In this document: positions 25,401-37,113 of the stretch, piece after piece
Numbering within the stretch: the first letter of the stretch is position 1
Layout of the letters: each line of letters begins with the position of its first letter
Assembly (NCBI GenBank): GCA_002269645.1
Contig: NIVC01004503.1
Location: forward strand, 1 to 43,818
Direction of reading: 5' to 3'
Length of the DNA: 43,818 bases
Origin: Macrostomum lignano
Taxonomy: Eukaryota
Notes under the pieces: model-generated
What the model saw: the letters and a program-made list of their open reading frames with translations, nothing else
Told to the model about the DNA's origin: nothing
Databases searched by the model: none
Made by a program: the position numbers and the translations under genes

Positions 25401-28400
25401 CCGGCTGTTGTCCTCTCTTCTGTGCTGGCTTCTGTGCTCGCTTCCGGTGAAGCCGAGGAGCTAATAGTAGCCGACGAAGAGTCCGCAGTCGACGGCTCTG
25501 TTGTCAAAGTCGACTCCTCCGACGGCGTCACTGCCTCGTCGGTGGTGCCAGTAGTACTGCTGCTCTCCGTCGGCGGCGGTGCAGTCTCAGTAGTAGCCTC
25601 GGGACCGGCTGTTGTCCTCTCTTCTGTGCTGGCTTCTGTGCTCGCTTCCGGTGAAGCCGAGGAGCTAATAGTAGCCGACGAAGAGTCCGCAGTCGACGGC
25701 TCTGTTGTCAAAGTCGACTCCTCCGACGGCGTCACTGCCTCGTCGGTGGTGCCAGTAGTACTGCTGCTCTCCGTCGGCGGCGGTGCAGTCTCAGTAGTAG
25801 CCTCGGGACCGGCTGTTGTCCTCTCTTCTGTGCTGGCTTCTGTGCTCGCTTCCGGTGAAGCCGAGGAGCTAATAGTAGCCGACGAAGAGTCCGCAGTCGA
25901 CGGCTCTGTTGTCAAAGTCGACTCCTCCGACGGCGTCACTGCCTCGTCGGTGGTGCCAGTAGTACTGCTGCTCTCCGTCGGCGGCGGTGCAGTCTCAGTA
26001 GTAGCCTCGGGACCGGCTGTTGTCCTCTCTTCTGTGCTGGCTTCTGTGCTCGCTTCCGGTGAAGCCGAGGAGCTAATAGTAGCCGACGAAGAGTCCGCAG
26101 TCGACGGCTCTGTTGTCAAAGTCGACTCCTCCGACGGCGTCACTGCCTCGTCGGTGGTGCCAGTAGTACTGCTGCTCTCCGTCGGCGGCGGTGCAGTCTC
26201 AGTAGTAGCCTCGGGACCGGCTGTTGTCCTCTCTTCTGTGCTGGCTTCTGTGCTCGCTTCCGGTGAAGCCGAGGAGCTAATAGTAGCCGACGAAGAGTCC
26301 GCAGTCGACGGCTCTGTTGTCAAAGTCGACTCCTCCGACGGCGTCACTGCCTCGTCGGTGGTGCCAGTAGTACTGCTGCTCTCCGTCGGCGGCGGTGCAG
26401 TCTCAGTAGTAGCCTCGGGACCGGCTGTTGTCCTCTCTTCTGTGCTGGCTTCTGTGCTCGCTTCCGGTGAAGCCGAGGAGCTAATAGTAGCCGACGAAGA
26501 GTCCGCAGTCGACGGCTCTGTTGTCAAAGTCGACTCCTCCGACGGCGTCACTGCCTCGTCGGTGGTGCCAGTAGTACTGCTGCTCTCCGTCGGCGGCGGT
26601 GCAGTCTCAGTAGTAGCCTCGGGACCGGCTGTTGTCCTCTCTTCTGTGCTGGCTTCTGTGCTCGCTTCCGGTGAAGCCGAGGAGCTAATAGTAGCCGACG
26701 AAGAGTCCGCAGTCGACGGCTCTGTTGTCAAAGTCGACTCCTCCGACGGCGTCACTGCCTCGTCGGTGGTGCCAGTAGTACTGCTGCTCTCCGTCGGCGG
26801 CGGTGCAGTCTCAGTAGTAGCCTCGGGACCGGCTGTTGTCCTCTCTTCTGTGCTGGCTTCTGTGCTCGCTTCCGGTGAAGCCGAGGAGCTAATAGTAGCC
26901 GACGAAGAGTCCGCAGTCGACGGCTCTGTTGTCAAAGTCGACTCCTCCGACGGCGTCACTGCCTCGTCGGTGGTGCCAGTAGTACTGCTGCTCTCCGTCG
27001 GCGGCGGTGCAGTCTCAGTAGTAGCCTCGGGACCGGCTGTTGTCCTCTCTTCTGTGCTGGCTTCTGTGCTCGCTTCCGGTGAAGCCGAGGAGCTAATAGT
27101 AGCCGACGAAGAGTCCGCAGTCGACGGCTCTGTTGTCAAAGTCGACTCCTCCGACGGCGTCACTGCCTCGTCGGTGGTGCCAGTAGTACTGCTGCTCTCC
27201 GTCGGCGGCGGTGCAGTCTCAGTAGTAGCCTCGGGACCGGCTGTTGTCCTCTCTTCTGTGCTGGCTTCTGTGCTCGCTTCCGGTGAAGCCGAGGAGCTAA
27301 TAGTAGCCGACGAAGAGTCCGCAGTCGACGGCTCTGTTGTCAAAGTCGACTCCTCCGACGGCGTCACTGCCTCGTCGGTGGTGCCAGTAGTACTGCTGCT
27401 CTCCGTCGGCGGCGGTGCAGTCTCAGTAGTAGCCTCGGGACCGGCTGTTGTCCTCTCTTCTGTGCTGGCTTCTGTGCTCGCTTCCGGTGAAGCCGAGGAG
27501 CTAATAGTAGCCGACGAAGAGTCCGCAGTCGACGGCTCTGTTGTCAAAGTCGACTCCTCCGACGGCGTCACTGCCTCGTCGGTGGTGCCAGTAGTACTGC
27601 TGCTCTCCGTCGGCGGCGGTGCAGTCTCAGTAGTAGCCTCGGGACCGGCTGTTGTCCTCTCTTCTGTGCTGGCTTCTGTGCTCGCTTCCGGTGAAGCCGA
27701 GGAGCTAATAGTAGCCGACGAAGAGTCCGCAGTCGACGGCTCTGTTGTCAAAGTCGACTCCTCCGACGGCGTCACTGCCTCGTCGGTGGTGCCAGTAGTA
27801 CTGCTGCTCTCCGTCGGCGGCGGTGCAGTCTCAGTAGTAGCCTCGGGACCGGCTGTTGTCCTCTCTTCTGTGCTGGCTTCTGTGCTCGCTTCCGGTGAAG
27901 CCGAGGAGCTAATAGTAGCCGACGAAGAGTCCGCAGTCGACGGCTCTGTTGTCAAAGTCGACTCCTCCGACGGCGTCACTGCCTCGTCGGTGGTGCCAGT
28001 AGTACTGCTGCTCTCCGTCGGCGGCGGTGCAGTCTCAGTAGTAGCCTCGGGACCGGCTGTTGTCCTCTCTTCTGTGCTGGCTTCTGTGCTCGCTTCCGGT
28101 GAAGCCGAGGAGCTAATAGTAGCCGACGAAGAGTCCGCAGTCGACGGCTCTGTTGTCAAAGTCGACTCCTCCGACGGCGTCACTGCCTCGTCGGTGGTGC
28201 CAGTAGTACTGCTGCTCTCCGTCGGCGGCGGTGCAGTCTCAGTAGTAGCCTCGGGACCGGCTGTTGTCCTCTCTTCTGTGCTGGCTTCTGTGCTCGCTTC
28301 CGGTGAAGCCGAGGAGCTAATAGTAGCCGACGAAGAGTCCGCAGTCGACGGCTCTGTTGTCAAAGTCGACTCCTCCGACGGCGTCACTGCCTCGTCGGTG

Positions 28401-31400
28401 GTGCCAGTAGTACTGCTGCTCTCCGTCGGCGGCGGTGCAGTCTCAGTAGTAGCCTCGGGACCGGCTGTTGTCCTCTCTTCTGTGCTGGCTTCTGTGCTCG
28501 CTTCCGGTGAAGCCGAGGAGCTAATAGTAGCCGACGAAGAGTCCGCAGTCGACGGCTCTGTTGTCAAAGTCGACTCCTCCGACGGCGTCACTGCCTCGTC
28601 GGTGGTGCCAGTAGTACTGCTGCTCTCCGTCGGCGGCGGTGCAGTCTCAGTAGTAGCCTCGGGACCGGCTGTTGTCCTCTCTTCTGTGCTGGCTTCTGTG
28701 CTCGCTTCCGGTGAAGCCGAGGAGCTAATAGTAGCCGACGAAGAGTCCGCAGTCGACGGCTCTGTTGTCAAAGTCGACTCCTCCGACGGCGTCACTGCCT
28801 CGTCGGTGGTGCCAGTAGTACTGCTGCTCTCCGTCGGCGGCGGTGCAGTCTCAGTAGTAGCCTCGGGACCGGCTGTTGTCCTCTCTTCTGTGCTGGCTTC
28901 TGTGCTCGCTTCCGGTGAAGCCGAGGAGCTAATAGTAGCCGACGAAGAGTCCGCAGTCGACGGCTCTGTTGTCAAAGTCGACTCCTCCGACGGCGTCACT
29001 GCCTCGTCGGTGGTGCCAGTAGTACTGCTGCTCTCCGTCGGCGGCGGTGCAGTCTCAGTAGTAGCCTCGGGACCGGCTGTTGTCCTCTCTTCTGTGCTGG
29101 CTTCTGTGCTCGCTTCCGGTGAAGCCGAGGAGCTAATAGTAGCCGACGAAGAGTCCGCAGTCGACGGCTCTGTTGTCAAAGTCGACTCCTCCGACGGCGT
29201 CACTGCCTCGTCGGTGGTGCCAGTAGTACTGCTGCTCTCCGTCGGCGGCGGTGCAGTCTCAGTAGTAGCCTCGGGACCGGCTGTTGTCCTCTCTTCTGTG
29301 CTGGCTTCTGTGCTCGCTTCCGGTGAAGCCGAGGAGCTAATAGTAGCCGACGAAGAGTCCGCAGTCGACGGCTCTGTTGTCAAAGTCGACTCCTCCGACG
29401 GCGTCACTGCCTCGTCGGTGGTGCCAGTAGTACTGCTGCTCTCCGTCGGCGGCGGTGCAGTCTCAGTAGTAGCCTCGGGACCGGCTGTTGTCCTCTCTTC
29501 TGTGCTGGCTTCTGTGCTCGCTTCCGGTGAAGCCGAGGAGCTAATAGTAGCCGACGAAGAGTCCGCAGTCGACGGCTCTGTTGTCAAAGTCGACTCCTCC
29601 GACGGCGTCACTGCCTCGTCGGTGGTGCCAGTAGTACTGCTGCTCTCCGTCGGCGGCGGTGCAGTCTCAGTAGTAGCCTCGGGACCGGCTGTTGTCCTCT
29701 CTTCTGTGCTGGCTTCTGTGCTCGCTTCCGGTGAAGCCGAGGAGCTAATAGTAGCCGACGAAGAGTCCGCAGTCGACGGCTCTGTTGTCAAAGTCGACTC
29801 CTCCGACGGCGTCACTGCCTCGTCGGTGGTGCCAGTAGTACTGCTGCTCTCCGTCGGCGGCGGTGCAGTCTCAGTAGTAGCCTCGGGACCGGCTGTTGTC
29901 CTCTCTTCTGTGCTGGCTTCTGTGCTCGCTTCCGGTGAAGCCGAGGAGCTAATAGTAGCCGACGAAGAGTCCGCAGTCGACGGCTCTGTTGTCAAAGTCG
30001 ACTCCTCCGACGGCGTCACTGCCTCGTCGGTGGTGCCAGTAGTACTGCTGCTCTCCGTCGGCGGCGGTGCAGTCTCAGTAGTAGCCTCGGGACCGGCTGT
30101 TGTCCTCTCTTCTGTGCTGGCTTCTGTGCTCGCTTCCGGTGAAGCCGAGGAGCTAATAGTAGCCGACGAAGAGTCCGCAGTCGACGGCTCTGTTGTCAAA
30201 GTCGACTCCTCCGACGGCGTCACTGCCTCGTCGGTGGTGCCAGTAGTACTGCTGCTCTCCGTCGGCGGCGGTGCAGTCTCAGTAGTAGCCTCGGGACCGG
30301 CTGTTGTCCTCTCTTCTGTGCTCGCTTCCGGTGAAGCCGAGGAGCTAATAGTAGCCGACGAAGAGTCCGCAGTCGACGGCTCTGTTGTCAAAGTCGACTC
30401 CTCCGACGGCGTCACTGCCTCGTCGGTGGTGCCAGTAGTACTGCTGCTCTCCGTCGGCGGCGGTGCAGTCTCAGTAGTAGCCTCGGGACCGGCTGTTGTC
30501 CTCTCTTCTGTGCTGGCTTCTGTGCTCGCTTCCGGTGAAGCCGAGGAGCTAATAGTAGCCGACGAAGAGTCCGCAGTCGACGGCTCTGTTGTCAAAGTCG
30601 ACTCCTCCGACGGCGTCACTGCCTCGTCGGTGGTGCCAGTAGTACTGCTGCTCTCCGTCGGCGGCGGTGCAGTCTCAGTAGTAGCCTCGGGACCGGCTGT
30701 TGTCCTCTCTTCTGTGCTGGCTTCTGTGCTCGCTTCCGGTGAAGCCGAGGAGCTAATAGTAGCCGACGAAGAGTCCGCAGTCGACGGCTCTGTTGTCAAA
30801 GTCGACTCCTCCGACGGCGTCACTGCCTCGTCGGTGGTGCCAGTAGTACTGCTGCTCTCCGTCGGCGGCGGTGCAGTCTCAGTAGTAGCCTCGGGACCGG
30901 CTGTTGTCCTCTCTTCTGTGCTGGCTTCTGTGCTCGCTTCCGGTGAAGCCGAGGAGCTAATAGTAGCCGACGAAGAGTCCGCAGTCGACGGCTCTGTTGT
31001 CAAAGTCGACTCCTCCGACGGCGTCACTGCCTCGTCGGTGGTGCCAGTAGTACTGCTGCTCTCCGTCGGCGGCGGTGCAGTCTCAGTAGTAGCCTCGGGA
31101 CCGGCTGTTGTCCTCTCTTCTGTGCTGGCTTCTGTGCTCGCTTCCGGTGAAGCCGAGGAGCTAATAGTAGCCGACGAAGAGTCCGCAGTCGACGGCTCTG
31201 TTGTCAAAGTCGACTCCTCCGACGGCGTCACTGCCTCGTCGGTGGTGCCAGTAGTACTGCTGCTCTCCGTCGGCGGCGGTGCAGTCTCAGTAGTAGCCTC
31301 GGGACCGGCTGTTGTCCTCTCTTCTGTGCTGGCTTCTGTGCTCGCTTCCGGTGAAGCCGAGGAGCTAATAGTAGCCGACGAAGAGTCCGCAGTCGACGGC

Positions 31401-34400
31401 TCTGTTGTCAAAGTCGACTCCTCCGACGGCGTCACTGCCTCGTCGGTGGTGCCAGTAGTACTGCTGCTCTCCGTCGGCGGCGGTGCAGTCTCAGTAGTAG
31501 CCTCGGGACCGGCTGTTGTCCTCTCTTCTGTGCTCGTGCTTTCCGGTGAAGCCGAGGAGCTAATAGTAGCCGACGAAGAGTCCGCAGTCGACGGCTCTGT
31601 TGTCAAAGTCGACTCCTCCGACGGCGTCACTGCCTCGTCGGTGGTGCCAGTAGTACTGCTGCTCTCCGTCGGCGGCGGTGCAGTCTCAGTAGTAGCCTCG
31701 GGACCGGCTGTTGTCCTCTCTTCTGTGCTGGCTTCTGTGCTCGCTTCCGGTGAAGCCGAGGAGCTAATAGTAGCCGACGAAGAGTCCGCAGTCGACGGCT
31801 CTGTTGTCAAAGTCGACTCCTCCGACGGCGTCACTGCCTCGTCGGTGGTGCCAGTAGTACTGCTGCTCTCCGTCGGCGGCGGTGCAGTCTCAGTAGTAGC
31901 CTCGGGACCGGCTGTTGTCCTCTCTTCTGTGCTGGCTTCTGTGCTCGCTTCCGGTGAAGCCGAGGAGCTAATAGTAGCCGACGAAGAGTCCGCAGTCGAC
32001 GGCTCTGTTGTCAAAGTCGACTCCTCCGACGGCGTCACTGCCTCGTCGGTGGTGCCAGTAGTACTGCTGCTCTCCGTCGGCGGCGGTGCAGTCTCAGTAG
32101 TAGCCTCGGGACCGGCTGTTGTCCTCTCTTCTGTGCTGGCTTCTGTGCTCGCTTCCGGTGAAGCCGAGGAGCTAATAGTAGCCGACGAAGAGTCCGCAGT
32201 CGACGGCTCTGTTGTCAAAGTCGACTCCTCCGACGGCGTCACTGCCTCGTCGGTGGTGCCAGTAGTACTGCTGCTCTCCGTCGGCGGCGGTGCAGTCTCA
32301 GTAGTAGCCTCGGGACCGGCTGTTGTCCTCTCTTCTGTGCTGGCTTCTGTGCTCGCTTCCGGTGAAGCCGAGGAGCTAATAGTAGCCGACGAAGAGTCCG
32401 CAGTCGACGGCTCTGTTGTCAAAGTCGACTCCTCCGACGGCGTCACTGCCTCGTCGGTGGTGCCAGTAGTACTGCTGCTCTCCGTCGGCGGCGGTGCAGT
32501 CTCAGTAGTAGCCTCGGGACCGGCTGTTGTCCTCTCTTCTGTGCTGGCTTCTGTGCTCGCTTCCGGTGAAGCCGAGGAGCTAATAGTAGCCGACGAAGAG
32601 TCCGCAGTCGACGGCTCTGTTGTCAAAGTCGACTCCTCCGACGGCGTCACTGCCTCGTCGGTGGTGCCAGTAGTACTGCTGCTCTCCGTCGGCGGCGGTG
32701 CAGTCTCAGTAGTAGCCTCGGGACCGGCTGTTGTCCTCTCTTCTGTGCTGGCTTCTGTGCTCGCTTCCGGTGAAGCCGAGGAGCTAATAGTAGCCGACGA
32801 AGAGTCCGCAGTCGACGGCTCTGTTGTCAAAGTCGACTCCTCCGACGGCGTCACTGCCTCGTCGGTGGTGCCAGTAGTACTGCTGCTCTCCGTCGGCGGC
32901 GGTGCAGTCTCAGTAGTAGCCTCGGGACCGGCTGTTGTCCTCTCTTCTGTGCTGGCTTCTGTGCTCGCTTCCGGTGAAGCCGAGGAGCTAATAGTAGCCG
33001 ACGAAGAGTCCGCAGTCGACGGCTCTGTTGTCAAAGTCGACTCCTCCGACGGCGTCACTGCCTCGTCGGTGGTGCCAGTAGTACTGCTGCTCTCCGTCGG
33101 CGGCGGTGCAGTCTCAGTAGTAGCCTCGGGACCGGCTGTTGTCTCTCTTCTGTGCTCGCTTCCGGTGAAGCCGAGGAGCTAATAGTAGCCGACGAAGAGT
33201 CCGCAGTCGACGGCTCTGTTGTCAAAGTCGACTCCTCCGACGGCGTCACTGCCTCGTCGGTGGTGCCAGTAGTACTGCTGCTCTCCGTCGGCGGCGGTGC
33301 AGTCTCAGTAGTAGCCTCGGGACCGGCTGTTGTCCTCTCTTCTGTGCTGGCTTCCGGTGAAGCCGAGGAGCTAATAGTAGCCGACGAAGAGTCCGCAGTC
33401 GACGGCTCTGTTGTCAAAGTCGACTCCTCCGACGGCGTCACTGCCTCGTCGGTGGTGCCAGTAGTACTGCTGCTCTCCGTCGGCGGCGGTGCAGTCTCAG
33501 TAGTAGCCTCGGGACCGGCTGTTGTCCTCTCTTCTGTGCTGGCTTCTGTGCTCGCTTCCGGTGAAGCCGAGGAGCTAATAGTAGCCGACGAAGAGTCCGC
33601 AGTCGACGGCTCTGTTGTCAAAGTCGACTCCTCCGACGGCGTCACTGCCTCGTCGGTGGTGCCAGTAGTACTGCTGCTCTCCGTCGGCGGCGGTGCAGTC
33701 TCAGTAGTAGCCTCGGGACCGGCTGTTGTCCTCTCTTCTGTGCTGGCTTCTGTGCTCGCTTCCGGTGAAGCCGAGGAGCTAATAGTAGCCGACGAAGAGT
33801 CCGCAGTCGACGGCTCTGTTGTCAAAGTCGACTCCTCCGACGGCGTCACTGCCTCGTCGGTGGTGCCAGTAGTACTGCTGCTCTCCGTCGGCGGCGGTGC
33901 AGTCTCAGTAGTAGCCTCGGGACCGGCTGTTGTCCTCTCTTCTGTGCTGGCTTCTGTGCTCGCTTCCGGTGAAGCCGAGGAGCTAATAGTAGCCGACGAA
34001 GAGTCCGCAGTCGACGGCTCTGTTGTCAAAGTCGACTCCTCCGACGGCGTCACTGCCTCGTCGGTGGTGCCAGTAGTACTGCTGCTCTCCGTCGGCGGCG
34101 GTGCAGTCTCAGTAGTAGCCTCGGGACCGGCTGTTGTGCTCGCTTCCGGTGAAGCCGAGGAGCTAATAGTAGCCGACGAAGAGTCCGCAGTCGACGGCTC
34201 TGTTGTCAAAGTCGACTCCTCCGACGGCGTCACTGCCTCGTCGGTGGTGCCAGTAGTACTGCTGCTCTCCGTCGGCGGCGGTGCAGTCTCAGTAGTAGCC
34301 TCGGGACCGGCTGTTGTCCTCTCTTCTGTGCTGGCTTCTGTGCTCGCTTCCGGTGAAGCCGAGGAGCTAATAGTAGCCGACGAAGAGTCCGCAGTCGACG

Positions 34401-35714
34401 GCTCTGTTGTCAAAGTCGACTCCTCCGACGGCGTCACTGCCTCGTCGGTGGTGCCAGTAGTACTGCTGCTCTCCGTCGGCGGCGGTGCAGTCTCAGTAGT
34501 AGCCTCGGGACCGGCTGTTGTCCTCTCTTCTGTGCTGGCTTCTGTGCTCGCTTCCGGTGAAGCCGAGGAGCTAATAGTAGCCGACGAAGAGTCCGCAGTC
34601 GACGGCTCTGTTGTCAAAGTCGACTCCTCCGACGGCGTCACTGCCTCGTCGGTGGTGCCAGTAGTACTGCTGCTCTCCGTCGGCGGCGGTGCAGTCTCAG
34701 TAGTAGCCTCGGGACCGGCTGTTGTCCTCTCTTCTGTGCTGGCTTCTGTGCTCGCTTCCGGTGAAGCCGAGGAGCTAATAGTAGCCGACGAAGAGTCCGC
34801 AGTCGACGGCTCTGTTGTCAAAGTCGACTCCTCCGACGGCGTCACTGCCTCGTCGGTGGTGCCAGTAGTACTGCTGCTCTCCGTCGGCGGCGGTGCAGTC
34901 TCAGTAGTAGCCTCGGGACCGGCTGTTGTCCTCTCTTCTGTGCTGGCTTCTGTGCTCGCTTCCGGTGAAGCCGAGGAGCTAATAGTAGCCGACGAAGAGT
35001 CCGCAGTCGACGGCTCTGTTGTCAAAGTCGACTCCTCCGACGGCGTCACTGCCTCGTCGGTGGTGCCAGTAGTACTGCTGCTCTCCGTCGGCGGCGGTGC
35101 AGTCTCAGTAGTAGCCTCGGGACCGGCTGTTGTCCTCTCTTCTGTGCTGGCTTCTGTGCTCGCTTCCGGTGAAGCCGAGGAGCTAATAGTAGCCGACGAA
35201 GAGTCCGCAGTCGACGGCTCTGTTGTCAAAGTCGACTCCTCCGACGGCGTCACTGCCTCGTCGGTGGTGCCAGTAGTACTGCTGCTCTCCGTCGGCGGCG
35301 GTGCAGTCTCAGTAGTAGCCTCGGGACCGGCTGTTGTCCTCTCTTCTGTGCTGGCTTCTGTGCTCGCTTCCGGTGAAGCCGAGGAGCTAATAGTAGCCGA
35401 CGAAGAGTCCGCAGTCGACGGCTCTGTTGTCAAAGTCGACTCCTCCGACGGCGTCACTGCCTCGTCGGTGGTGCCAGTAGTACTGCTGCTCTCCGTCGGC
35501 GGCGGTGCAGTCTCAGTAGTAGCCTCGGGACCGGCTGTTGTCCTCTCTTCTGTGCTGGCTTCTGTGCTCGCTTCCGGTGAAGCCGAGGAGCTAATAGTAG
35601 CCGACGAAGAGTCCGCAGTCGACGGCTCTGTTGTCAAAGTCGACTCCTCCGACGGCGTCACTGCCTCGTCGGTGGTGCCAGTAGTACTGCTGCTCTCCGT
35701 CGGCGGCGGTGCAG
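16483..35714 (-). CDS. Transmembrane mucin, giant PTS-repeat exon (94 x 68 aa; TPSEESTLTTEPSTADSSSATISSSASPEASTEASTEERTTAGPEATTETAPPPTESSSTTGTTDEAV); one 1-nt deletion frameshift at ~33143
   Basis: ORFs 16460-33058 and 33055-35661 share the unit. The unit contains 18 T, 15 S, 7 P, 11 E, 2 D, 1 R and no C, N or K. A unique S/T-rich linker (GFISSTGLPEATTEHVTTESLPLVPSQAPS) precedes donor T|GTAGGT at 16482. Confidence 0.88.
16571..35714. repeat. 204-bp coding tandem array: 94 units plus 38 bp (19,144 bp), with five shortened variant units
   Basis: Lines recur every 1020 nt (5x204). Variants: -12 (~30320), -9 (~31535), -13 (~33143), -12 (~33350), -24 (~34137). 19144+70 = 94x204+38. Confidence 0.97.
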
Positions 35715-36086
35715 AATTTTTTCAAGCATTCGGTTTGGCACAGTTTGTGAATTTCGGTTTGGCACAGTTTGTGAATTTCGGTTTTTAATTTCGGTTTGGA
35801 GTTCTTGTTTTCTTTTATTTATTACCTTGGTAGTGTTAGATGGTATATAGTGTTTTTTCTTTGTAGTATAAACTGTATCCTTCCGGTTTACGTTTTGGGG
35901 TGTTGCTGTAGGGTGTTGCATAAAATTGTTTCGATCTGTGCCTTTTTTGTTGGTTGTTTGTGCCGCCTGTGCCAAGTAGTTGTTAGTTTTGTTGCTGCGT
36001 TGCTTCTGCCGGTTGTACTGCAGGAAGGCTACAGTGGCGATGAGCAGAGTTAATCCGAGGAGAACGGCGGCTGAGTACGTCTTCAT
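35715..36086 (-). CDS. Possible N-terminal segment of the mucin with a signal peptide or signal anchor (MKTYSAAVLLGLTLLIATVAFL...), out of frame with the array by 1 nt
   Basis: ATG with A at -3, a basic n-region and a 17-residue hydrophobic core; sequons NKT and NTT. One extra base in the A6 run at ~35716-35722 would fuse it to APPPTESS. Composition is very different from the array, so an unrelated insertion or misjoin is not excluded. Confidence 0.45.
35729..35799. repeat. Short tandem duplication: 2 x 24 bp TTCGGTTTGGCACAGTTTGTGAAT plus two partial TTCGGTTT copies
   Basis: Read directly; translated as NRNSQTVP x2 on the - strand. Confidence 0.9.
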
Positions 36087-36862
36087 TCTCTCGGCTGTGA
36101 TCTCTGCCTTTGCATTCAGGTTGCAGTGCTGTTCAGAAAGACTTTTTCAGTTCAGAATTTTAGTGCTGAGGTCCTGTTTAATTTTGGCCTGCCCATTTTG
36201 TGAATTCGTCATTAAGAAGTCGCGGCTTATCTTTCGGCGTGGCGTTGACCGGGGTATCAACTCGTGTTTTGAGTCTTTGTACCCTTCTTGCCTTTTGCTG
36301 ACTGCGTAGTTTTTGTGCTAACTAAAAACTTCGTGAGTCAAGATTGGCGTTGCCGCGGGCGGTATATTTCTTTTATTGCTGCATCCTGAGCAGAATTTAT
36401 CAAGTCTGCTTTTTTTCACCAGCTGGTTTTTACAAAAATTTAATCGCATATGGTTGAAATCGCTTAAGTTGTTAGCTAGCGGAGTGCGTTCAAATTCTGG
36501 TAAGAATGGCGAACATACAAGAGACGCAAAGTGAAACGACTTTCTCGCAAACAAGTTGATTATTCATCAGATTACATGTGAAAGAACGATGAGACATGCA
36601 TCGGTCCTTTATTTACATAGTTTTTGCCAACTAACAAAATACGCTATCCACAAGGTCTTAGAGATGAGACGTTGAGTGAGTCGCAAATATGTAGGTTTTT
36701 AGCAACTGTATGACTGTAAAGATAAGCGTAAGTACTGAAAAAAACAAGCTGACACAGCTATGTACAGTACTGGCACTATCTATAGTTGGAATTAATCTTT
36801 CATTTCTTAGAAATTCTGGCGTGCAAGAGTGCCGATGCAAAACAGTCAACTGTGTATAGTTT

Positions 36863-36887
36863 AGATTCAGATTCAGATTCAGGTTCA
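36863..36887. repeat. (AGATTC)n hexanucleotide run, ~4 units
   Basis: AGATTCAGATTCAGATTCAGGTTCA read directly. Confidence 0.8.
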
Positions 36888-37113
36888 CCTCGTAGGCATA
36901 GCTGATCCAACCATTGCGGCACTTTCTACTTCCAACTAGCTCCGTGCTTTATTTGCCACAGAATTCTTTGAATCGGCGTAGACCTTTTTCAATTTACTCA
37001 AACAGCAAGCGGCGAAATTAGTAGCTAGATAAGAGTGACGCCTAGCTGGCATTCCTGCTGCTCTTTATTACTGAATGAGATACCGTCTCTGCCATACTTT
37101 AGTGTGTAAGACC

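Noticed and set aside
16571-35714. CRISPR-like regularity of the 204-bp array and the 22/34/42-bp arrays
   Set aside because: There are no unique spacers, units are contiguous, no cas genes are present, and the context is eukaryotic.
35710-35725. Programmed -1 ribosomal frameshift linking the signal-peptide ORF to the array
   Set aside because: G AAA AAA TT is not a canonical X XXY YYZ heptamer in the required frame, and a second similar break at 33143 points to indel errors.
16557-35788. Giant + strand ORFs (5541 aa and 878 aa) of hydrophobic V/L/S/A repeats, with an ATG at 16566
   Set aside because: Shadow of the mucin array: any 204-bp unit lacking a stop in one frame gives a huge ORF. 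Splice sites, the TM exon and PTS composition all support the - strand. Stranded RNA-seq would settle it.
36863-36887. (TGAATC)n as the 3' tail of a LINE on the - strand
   Set aside because: No LINE body, RT remnant or TSD found adjacent; kept only as a microsatellite.
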